Shown: positions 39,279 to 46,520 of the stretch, piece after piece | How positions within the stretch are numbered: position 1 is the first letter of the stretch | How the letters are laid out: every line of letters begins with the position of its first letter | Assembly: GCA_034722055.1 (NCBI GenBank) | Contig: JAYENL010000038.1 | Span: 23,677 to 87,676, forward strand | DNA: 64,000 nt | Direction of reading: 5' to 3' | Source of the DNA: Armatimonadota bacterium | GTDB lineage: Bacteria; Armatimonadota; Zipacnadia; Zipacnadales; UBA5352 | Notes under the pieces: generated by a model | The model's database searches: none | The model's input: only the letters and a program-made list of their open reading frames with translations | Told to the model about the DNA's origin: nothing | Program-made: the position numbers and the translations under genes

Positions 39279-40034
39279 TTAGCCGAAAACCGAGTACAGG
39301 AGCACGGCCGCTGCGGCCATCAGCACGGCGTAGACAACGCGCCGGAAGAGCAGTTCGTCCACGCGGTAGTGCGCCGGCGCCCCCAGCGCCAGCCCCGCGA
39401 GGGTGAAGGGCACGCACACGGCCGCGACACGCAGGATGTCGATGGTGAGGCTCCCGGCGGCCACCCAGCGGCTGATCAGAATCGTGTTCAGCACCAGCCA
39501 CAGCAGGCTCATGGTCACGCGGAAGAGACTCTTATCGGGAAGCGCCCGGGCGCAGTAGACGACCATCAGCGGCCCCCCGGCCCCGAAGGCGCCGTGGATG
39601 ACGCCACCCAGCGGCAGCAGCGCGGTCATGGCGCCACCCTTCCAGCCGCTGAGCCCATCCTCGCCCACCTCCGCGGGCATGGGATGGATGAGCCCGTGGA
39701 TGCTCACACCCAGTGTGAAGACCCCGAGCACGAGCTTCAGCGGCCCCTCGGGCATGGCGCTGGCCATCCACATGCCGACGGGCAGCCCAACGACCACGAA
39801 GCCCAGGAGCTTGCCGAAGGCGGGCCAGCGGATGTGCCGCCAGGCCTCGATGACGATGAGGACCGCCAGCAGCCAGGCCTGCATCACGAGCACGGGCACG
39901 GCCATGTCCAGGCCGATGAGCAGCGTCACGAAGGGCAGGGCCAGCACCGTAGCGCCGAAGCCGGTGATGCTGCCCTGGAAGTTGGACAGGAAGACGACCA
40001 GGAAGACCAGCCCGTATCGCGTGAACTCGCTCAC
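39279..40034 (-). CDS. TauE/SafE family sulfite/sulfonate exporter
   Basis: GSITGFG..LALP and GAFGAGGP duplicated motifs; about 8 TM segments. Confidence 0.85.
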   Translation of the reverse strand: MSEFTRYGLVFLVVFLSNFQGSITGFGATVLALPFVTLLIGLDMAVPVLVMQAWLLAVLIVIEAWRHIRWPAFGKLLGFVVVGLPVGMWMASAMPEGPLKLVLGVFTLGVSIHGLIHPMPAEVGEDGLSGWKGGAMTALLPLGGVIHGAFGAGGPLMVVYCARALPDKSLFRVTMSLLWLVLNTILISRWVAAGSLTIDILRVAAVCVPFTLAGLALGAPAHYRVDELLFRRVVYAVLMAAAAVLLYSVFG

Positions 40035-40046
40035 ATCGGCAACCCG

Positions 40047-40547
40047 CTACCCGAGGGTCTCCATCTCACGGTCCCGGGCCACGTCGCCGCGGGCGCAGAT
40101 CTCGTCGCGGGCCTCCTCCCAGAAGTCCAGGACCTCCTGTGGGATGCCGGGCACGTCCTGGAACTGGGCGGTCAGGAAGATCTCCGCCATACGGCAGCCC
40201 ATGTCCGGCGTCACCAGGCTCTCGCCCATGCACATGACGTTGGCGTCATTTATCTTGCGGGCGAACTCCGCCGCCATGGGGCCCTCGCACGGGACGGCAC
40301 AGATCCCCTCGAACTTGCCGGCCGCCAGGGCCATTCCGGTGCCGGAGCCGCAGCAGAGGATGCCGCGCTCCGCCTCCCCCTGCTGCAGCACGCGCGCGGC
40401 CCGCTCGCCGATGGACGGGAACTTCACGAAGGTGGACGTGTCGTGGCAGCCGACATCGATCACCTCGTGCCCATTCTCCTCCAGCCACTCCTTGACGGCG
40501 CTCTTGAGCAGGAAGCCCTTGACGACTGAGCCGACGACGACCTTCAT
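40047..40547 (-). CDS. RpiB/LacAB family sugar isomerase with atypical anion-binding residues (SqwI-like candidate)
   Basis: GHEVIDVG, GILCCGSGTGM, NDANVMCMG; lacks GxDH, RxHN and RHxxR. Confidence 0.8.
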   Translation of the reverse strand: MKVVVGSVVKGFLLKSAVKEWLEENGHEVIDVGCHDTSTFVKFPSIGERAARVLQQGEAERGILCCGSGTGMALAAGKFEGICAVPCEGPMAAEFARKINDANVMCMGESLVTPDMGCRMAEIFLTAQFQDVPGIPQEVLDFWEEARDEICARGDVARDREMETLG

Positions 40548-41500
40548 TGTGCTCCGCCCTCTCCCTGTTTGCAGGCTTGCTTGATGTGCTCCACGTTCAT
40601 GTTGTGCTTGTTGAGCAGGTACTGCTCGGTGGCGACCTCACCGAACTGATCGTGCACGCCCAGCCGCTTGACGGGCGTGGGCAGCCTCTCGCAGAGCACC
40701 TCGCAGACCGCGCCACCGAGGCCGCCGATCACGCTCTGGTTCTCCACGGTCACCACCCAGCCGGTCTTGCGGGCCGACTCCAGCAGGCTCTCCTCGTCGA
40801 AGGGCTTGACCGAGGCGTAGTGGAGGTGATCCGCGGCTACCCCCTCCTCGGCCAGCTCCTCGGCAGCCTGCTTTGCGAACTGCGTCGTCCAGCCGGTGCT
40901 GACGAGCGTGGCGGCGTCGCCCTCGCTCATCTGCACAGCGGTCTCGGGGTCGAAGACGTAGTCGTCGTCGAAGATCTGCGGCTGCACCGGCCGGATCATC
41001 TGCATGTAGGCCGGGTGGCCGTACTGTGCCATCCACCGCACACAGGAGGACAGCTCGTAGACGTCGCAGGGCGAGAAGACCACCATGTTGGGCATGGCCC
41101 GCATGATGGCCAGGTCCTGGAAGCACATGTGTGTGCCGCCGTTGGCCCCGGTGGTGATGCCCGGCGCAGTGCCCACGATCTTCACGTTGGCGTCGGCGTA
41201 GGCCACCGAGATGGTGACCTGGTCGTAGACGCGGCGCGTGGCGAAGCAGGTGAAGCTGGCGCAGAAGGGGATCATCCCATCCACGGCTAGCCCGGCACCG
41301 ATGCCGATCATGTCCGCCTCGGCCACCCCGGCGTCGATGAACCGCTCGGGGTGAGCCTCGGAGTAAGTGGGGATGGTCCCTGAGGCCTTGCCAAGATCGG
41401 CCTCGACGACGACGATGTCGGGGTCGCTGTCCGCCAGGTCCACCAGCGTCAGAGCGTAGACCTTGCGCATCTCAAGCTCGTGCAGTGGGACATCGGTCAT
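40544..41500 (-). CDS. Split transketolase, C-terminal subunit
   Basis: ERFIDAGVAEADM, RVYDQV, GGTHM, LAIMRAMPN, VTVEN...GGLG. Confidence 0.92.
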   Translation of the reverse strand: MTDVPLHELEMRKVYALTLVDLADSDPDIVVVEADLGKASGTIPTYSEAHPERFIDAGVAEADMIGIGAGLAVDGMIPFCASFTCFATRRVYDQVTISVAYADANVKIVGTAPGITTGANGGTHMCFQDLAIMRAMPNMVVFSPCDVYELSSCVRWMAQYGHPAYMQMIRPVQPQIFDDDYVFDPETAVQMSEGDAATLVSTGWTTQFAKQAAEELAEEGVAADHLHYASVKPFDEESLLESARKTGWVVTVENQSVIGGLGGAVCEVLCERLPTPVKRLGVHDQFGEVATEQYLLNKHNMNVEHIKQACKQGEGGAQ

Positions 41501-42360
41501 GGCTGTTCGACCTCGTAGGGGAGAGTATAGTCCTGGCGTCTCAGGCCGGACATGTACCTCTGGAAGGTCTCCTCGTCCGGGATCTTGATGTTGTGGCTGT
41601 CGGGGCGGTTCTCGGCCACCGTGCAGTCGCGGGCCTTGCAGGTATGGGCGATGATCATGGTGGGCTTGCCGGAGACCTGCTGGGCGGCCGTGATGGTGTC
41701 GTAGATGTCGTCCCAGTCATGGCCGTCCATCTCCATGACCTCCCAGTTGAAGGCCCGCCACCTGTCCACCAGGGGCTCGAGGGTGATGACCTCGTCGGTG
41801 AACCCGTCGATCTGTAGCTTGTTGTAGTCGGTGATCGCCACGAGGTTGTCGAGCTTGTTGTGGCCGGCGAACATGCCGGCCTCCCAGATCATGCCCTCGT
41901 CGCTCTCACCGTCGCCCACGATGCAGAACACCGTGTGATCCTGGTTGCGGATCCGCGCGGCCATGGCGAAGCCGCAGGCGCACGAGAGGCCCTGTCCCAG
42001 CGACCCGGCGGTCATGTCTATGCCCGGCGTCTGCAGCCGGTCCACGTGGCTGGGCAGCCGGGTGCCGTCGGCGTTGATGGTCTTCAGCTCCTCCTTGGGG
42101 AAGAAGCCCTGATAGGCGAGGGCCACGTAGAGCACGGGGCCGGCGTGGCCCTTGGAGAGCACCAGGCGGTCGCGGCCGGGCCACTTCGGGTTGTTCGGAT
42201 CGTAGCTCATGATCCGCCAGTAGAGCGTGATGATGATCTCCACCAGGCTCAGCGACCCGCCCAGGTGCCCGGAGCCCGACCGGCAGATCATGTCGGTCAT
42301 CACGTACCGGAACTCGCCCGCCAGGTCGTCGAACTTCTCTCTGTCGAATTCCTCTGGCAT
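41497..42360 (-). CDS. Split transketolase, N-terminal ThDP-binding subunit
   Basis: SGHLGGSLS, RDRLVLSKGH, GSLGQG, GDGE..EG.IWE...DYN. ATG 42360 after GAGGAG. Confidence 0.92.
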   Translation of the reverse strand: MPEEFDREKFDDLAGEFRYVMTDMICRSGSGHLGGSLSLVEIIITLYWRIMSYDPNNPKWPGRDRLVLSKGHAGPVLYVALAYQGFFPKEELKTINADGTRLPSHVDRLQTPGIDMTAGSLGQGLSCACGFAMAARIRNQDHTVFCIVGDGESDEGMIWEAGMFAGHNKLDNLVAITDYNKLQIDGFTDEVITLEPLVDRWRAFNWEVMEMDGHDWDDIYDTITAAQQVSGKPTMIIAHTCKARDCTVAENRPDSHNIKIPDEETFQRYMSGLRRQDYTLPYEVEQP

Positions 42361-42371
42361 GTGATCTCTCC

Positions 42372-43499
42372 TCACAACATGCTGCGATAGATCTCGCGAA
42401 GCTGATCCGGCGCAACCTCCCGGGGGTTGTTGTCCATCAGGGGGTGGAAGCTGCTCTCAACGATCTCGTCGATGTCCTCCTCCTCCACGCCGATCTCGTC
42501 CAGCGTGGTGGGCAGGGGCGAGGCGGCCTTCATCCGCGCCACCTCGTCCGCGAGCTCCAGCATATCCCCGCAGCCTGCCGCCCGGGCCAGCGCCTGCCCC
42601 CGCTCACCCATGGCCGGGGCGTTGAAGCGGATGAAGTGATCCAGCGTCATGGCGCACGCGGTTCCGTGCGGGAGGTGATAGGTGGCTGAGAACGGGAACG
42701 AGCAGGCGTGCACCGCCGCGTTCTGGGGCGCCTGGAAGGCCAGCCCACCCAGCAGCGCCGCCATCGACATGCCCTCCCGGGCCTCCATGTCCCCCGGCTC
42801 CTGAAGCGCCCCGGGCAGGTGTTCGAAGACCAGCCTGACCGCCTCCAGCGCGAAGAGGTCGCAGATGGGCTGATGGTTCTTCGACCAGTAGCCCTCCACC
42901 GCGTGCGCCAGGGCGTCGAAGCCGGTGGAGGCGGTCACCATGGGCGGCATGGAGGCGGTCACATCGGCGTCGATGAGCGCTACGGTGGGGTAGAAGTTGT
43001 CGTGCACCAGGGGGGCCTTGACGCCCTTCTCCGGGTCGCCGAGCACCGCGTTGGGCGTCACCTCGCTGCCGGTCCCGGCCGTGGTCGGCATGGCGATCAG
43101 CGGCAGGTGCCTGTCGTCGAGCGTGGCCCCCTCCGAGTGGTACTGCCGGGCCAGGCCGCCCTGCACCGCCACTGAGCAGGCCACCTTGGCGCAGTCCATT
43201 GAGCTGCCGCCGCCGGCGGCGACGACCACGTCGATCTCCTCGTCGCGGATGGTCTTCACCAGCGCATCCACCATCCCGACCGTGGGGTTGGGCTCCACCT
43301 CCGCGAACAATGGCGCATCAGGGCCGAGTATCCCGCGGATCTCCTCCATCAGCGGCAGCTCAGCGAGCCCGCTGTCGGTCACCAGCACCGGCGATTCGCC
43401 GAGCTCCGAGACGACTCCCGGAAGCTGCCTCCGAACCCCAGGTCCGAACACGATCTCAGTCGGCTGCCAGTACCTCCAACCATCGCCCTCAAGCTGCAA
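42372..43499 (-). CDS. Iron-containing (group III) alcohol dehydrogenase
   Basis: PTEIVFG, VEPNP, GGGS.MD.AK, PTTAGTGSE, metal ligands DALAH/H/PHG. TTG 43499 after GGGAGA; the upstream part of the listed 819-aa ORF is a shadow frame. Confidence 0.88.
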   Translation of the reverse strand: MQLEGDGWRYWQPTEIVFGPGVRRQLPGVVSELGESPVLVTDSGLAELPLMEEIRGILGPDAPLFAEVEPNPTVGMVDALVKTIRDEEIDVVVAAGGGSSMDCAKVACSVAVQGGLARQYHSEGATLDDRHLPLIAMPTTAGTGSEVTPNAVLGDPEKGVKAPLVHDNFYPTVALIDADVTASMPPMVTASTGFDALAHAVEGYWSKNHQPICDLFALEAVRLVFEHLPGALQEPGDMEAREGMSMAALLGGLAFQAPQNAAVHACSFPFSATYHLPHGTACAMTLDHFIRFNAPAMGERGQALARAAGCGDMLELADEVARMKAASPLPTTLDEIGVEEEDIDEIVESSFHPLMDNNPREVAPDQLREIYRSML

Positions 43500-43758
43500 T
43501 GCCCGCTCTCTCCCTGTCCGACGTGATAGTGGCGGCTGGGACGGACTTCGCGCAGCCGCCGCCAATCCCCTTCTCCGGGAGGCGCCGCCTCCGGGCAGGA
43601 GACACCGCACGCGCCGGCGAAAGGACCCTGGCGACACACGCCGGCCCTTCGGTGCCGGAGGCGTCTCGCGACGATGCAGCACTCCCGGATCGGCCGGGTG
43701 CGGCCGCGGATTGTCGGTTGCGGGGGGCGCCCGCAACCTGGGTAAGCCAGGTAAGTAC

Positions 43759-43781
43759 TGGGGCGCGGGCGCCCGCGCCCG
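43759..43781. repeat. REP-like palindrome
   Basis: TGGGGCGCGGGCGCCCGCGCCCG; one mismatch to the reverse complement of 31522-31544. Confidence 0.55.
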
Positions 43782-43865
43782 CGCGTTCCACCGACTCCTG
43801 GAGTTCGCACCCGACCGGCCCGCGCAAGGGTCGGCGCCGAATCTCGCCGTCAGGAGGCCACGAGC

Positions 43866-45029
43866 ATGGCAACGACACCGTTGATCCCCGATGCTGAGTT
43901 CGAGCAGCGATGGCAGACGCTGCAGGAGAAGATGGCCGAGAACGACCTGGATGTGGTCATCGCCCACGGCCACGAGGCCGACCCGGCCAACGTCCGCTAC
44001 CTCTCGGACTACTGGCCCCTGTTCGAGACCGGGGGCGTGGCCGTGGGGCGCAGCGGTGAGCCGGTGCTCCTCATCGGTCCCGAGAGCCTCACCTTCGCTG
44101 AGGATCGCAGCCGGATCCCGACCATCATGCAGGTGCTGGAGTACCGGGAGTCCGCGGAGCCGGACTACCCCGGGATGGAGCTGGACAGCTTCGAGGACGT
44201 CTTCGCGGCCGTGGCCGGGGGCGAGGTCAGCCGCATCGGCATCGCCGGCCTGTCGGTCATGCCCATGACCATCTACAGCGCCATCGAGGAGGCTGCAGGC
44301 GAGGCCGAGGTGGTCCGTGCCGACGACCTGCTGACGGAGATGCGCCAGATCAAGAGCGAGAGCGAGATCGCCTGCATGCGGGAGGCCTTCCGCATCAGCG
44401 AGGAGGCCACCGAGGTGGTCCTGGAGGAGATGAAGCCGGGGATGACCGAGCAGCAGGTGGTGGGCATCGCCCAGGGCGCCATGTACGCGGCGGGCGCCGA
44501 GTACGAGGGCCATCCCACCTACGTCCTCAGCGCGGAGGCCAGCACCCACGCCATCGGCCGCCCCAGCCCCAAAGAGCTCCGCCAGGGCGAGATGATCCAG
44601 CTCAACATCGGGGCCCTGGTCAGCGGCTACTCCTCCTCCGTCGGCCGCCCGGTGTGCTTCGGGCCCATGCCCGACGCCATGCGAGAGCTGGTGGAGGTGG
44701 GGCTGGAGGCGCACCACAAGACCATGGAGCTGATGCGGGCGGGCATCCCCGCCAAGGAGGTCGTCATCAAGTACGAGGAGTTCATCGAGGAGAAGGGCTA
44801 CGCCGAGAACCTGCTCTACGGCCCCTGCCACGCCATAGGGCTGATGGAGGTGGAGCGGCCCTGGATGGAGAGCAGCTCGGAGTACCTCCTCGAAGAGAAC
44901 ATGACCTTCCAGGTGGACACCTTCCTGTATACCGAGGACTTCGGTCTGCGATGGGAGGATGGCGTGCGCGTCACCAGCGGGGGCGTGGAGATGTTGTCGG
45001 ACCGCTTCCTGGAGGTCATTGAGCTCTAA
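43866..45029 (+). CDS. M24 / creatinase-fold hydrolase with degenerate metal site
   Basis: AGGAGG RBS; NVRYLS, RQIKSESEIACMREA, HAIGL, GLRWED. Confidence 0.85.
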   Translation: MATTPLIPDAEFEQRWQTLQEKMAENDLDVVIAHGHEADPANVRYLSDYWPLFETGGVAVGRSGEPVLLIGPESLTFAEDRSRIPTIMQVLEYRESAEPDYPGMELDSFEDVFAAVAGGEVSRIGIAGLSVMPMTIYSAIEEAAGEAEVVRADDLLTEMRQIKSESEIACMREAFRISEEATEVVLEEMKPGMTEQQVVGIAQGAMYAAGAEYEGHPTYVLSAEASTHAIGRPSPKELRQGEMIQLNIGALVSGYSSSVGRPVCFGPMPDAMRELVEVGLEAHHKTMELMRAGIPAKEVVIKYEEFIEEKGYAENLLYGPCHAIGLMEVERPWMESSSEYLLEENMTFQVDTFLYTEDFGLRWEDGVRVTSGGVEMLSDRFLEVIEL

Positions 45030-45102
45030 GGCAGTCGCAAATCACACGCCGGAAGTCGCAAGCGACGTGAACGGCTAACGCGAACAGTCGCGGTCAGGAC
45101 GT

Positions 45103-45149
45103 GTGGCCGTCGCCGTTAGCTGGCAACTGATGACTGATGACTGGAGACT
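45103..45149. repeat. Degenerate heptamer/ACGGC module
   Basis: gtggccgtcgccgttagctggcaactgatgactgatgactggagact. Confidence 0.55.
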
Positions 45150-45152
45150 ATC

Positions 45153-46037
45153 ATGTCCGACATCACCGTCGTGCTGGGCTTTGACATGGAGACGGATGTG
45201 GGGAGCTGGTCGCCCTACTACCAGGGCATCCAGCAGGGAACCCCGCTGATCGTGGACCTGCTGGAGGCGCAGGGGGCCACCGGCACGTTCTTCTTCACCG
45301 GCGATGCCGCCCGGCAGTTCCCGGACATCGTGCGGACCGTGGATGAGGCGGGCCATGAGGTGGGCTGCCACTCGCTGTATCACGAGACCGTGGGGGACCC
45401 CATCTTCGAGATCCCGGGCGTCAAGCCGCTGCTGCCCGAGGAGGTCCCGCTGCGGCTGCGGGTGGCCACACAGTGGGTGGCCGAGAGCCTCGGTGACTCG
45501 CCGGTGTCCTTCCGCGCTCCCCGGCTGTGGGGCAGCACGGCCATGCTCACGGCCCTCCAGGACCTGGGGTATGTGGCCGACGCATCCTACCCCCTGTACT
45601 ACTACGAGGAGCGCCTGGCGCCGTATCATCCCAGCCGCGAGGACTGGACGCAGCCCGGCGAGATGCGCATCCTGGAGATCCCCAACTTCGCCGATATGAC
45701 CATCGACAGCACTGACGAGTACGGGCGCGACCGCGACCAGTGGCCGCTGTTCCGCACCGAGAGCGCCGACAGGCTCATGGCGCACATCGACGCCTTCATC
45801 GGCTACGTGCGCCAGCGGGGAGAGCCCGCGGTCCTGTGCTTCTACTTCCATCCCTGGGAGTTCGTGGAGATGCCCACCAGGATGCACTACGGCGAGGGCA
45901 CCGTGATCCCGGACTACTTCCTGGTAAAGAACTGCGGCGAGTACGCGCTGGAGCAGCTCGGCGTTCTGCTGACCCTGCTCGATGAGCGCGGCGCGGACTT
46001 CACGACCGCCCGCGACCTTGCCGCGAGCTGGGACTGA
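45153..46037 (+). CDS. Polysaccharide deacetylase (NodB/CE4, PuuE/PgdA-like), cytoplasmic
   Basis: GFDMETD, TFFFTG, GHEVGCHSLYH, SFRAP, YFHPWE. Confidence 0.85.
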   Translation: MSDITVVLGFDMETDVGSWSPYYQGIQQGTPLIVDLLEAQGATGTFFFTGDAARQFPDIVRTVDEAGHEVGCHSLYHETVGDPIFEIPGVKPLLPEEVPLRLRVATQWVAESLGDSPVSFRAPRLWGSTAMLTALQDLGYVADASYPLYYYEERLAPYHPSREDWTQPGEMRILEIPNFADMTIDSTDEYGRDRDQWPLFRTESADRLMAHIDAFIGYVRQRGEPAVLCFYFHPWEFVEMPTRMHYGEGTVIPDYFLVKNCGEYALEQLGVLLTLLDERGADFTTARDLAASWD

Positions 46038-46071
46038 CCGGGCAGCGGTCCGCGAGACAGGAGGCATTCCG

Positions 46072-46449
46072 ATGAGCGCTGGCGAGGGACATCGCGTGTG
46101 GATCTTCCCCGACGGGGACCTCCCGCCCAGGGGCCAGCCCGACCTGCCGCTGGAGGGGCACGAGTCCCTGATCGTGCTCAATACGGGCGATGAGGACGCG
46201 CAGATCGAGATCGACATCTACTTCCCTGACCGGGAGCCCGAGGAGGGGCTGAAGGGTGAGGTGCCGGCGCGCCGGGTGCGCTGCTTCCGGCTCGACCAGC
46301 CGGTGGGCGACCGGGGCTTCGAGATCCCCTTCGGGCAGTACGCCCTGCGGCTGCGCTCCAGCGTGAACGTGGTGGCGCAGATCGGGCGCGCCGACGTCCG
46401 CCAGGAGAGGCTGGCCTACTACACCACCATAGGCTTCGGCAGCGGCTGA
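46072..46449 (+). CDS. Anabaena sensory rhodopsin transducer (ASRT) family small-molecule-binding protein
   Basis: G.RVWIFPDG.LP...GHESLIVLNTGDEDA.I.I.IYF.DREP...VPARRV; ATG 46072 after AGGAGG. Confidence 0.85.
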   Translation: MSAGEGHRVWIFPDGDLPPRGQPDLPLEGHESLIVLNTGDEDAQIEIDIYFPDREPEEGLKGEVPARRVRCFRLDQPVGDRGFEIPFGQYALRLRSSVNVVAQIGRADVRQERLAYYTTIGFGSG

Positions 46450-46520
46450 TGCCGTTGTCGGCCCATCGAGCCTACCGCCGCTGGCTCCCGACTCGGGGAC
46501 CGCATCTGGAGGATCACCAT

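Noticed and set aside
43540..43740. Possible riboswitch or ncRNA in the divergent intergenic region
   Set aside because: GC-rich hairpins are present but I could not match any known riboswitch consensus; an Rfam/Infernal search is needed.
43500..44831. Apparent 440-aa N-terminal extension on the Fe-ADH (819-aa ORF)
   Set aside because: It is antisense to the M24 gene and runs through the intergenic region; ADH homology starts near 43499, where an SD and TTG exist.
46072..46449. Light-sensing system implied by the ASRT name
   Set aside because: No rhodopsin or retinal synthesis gene in the window.
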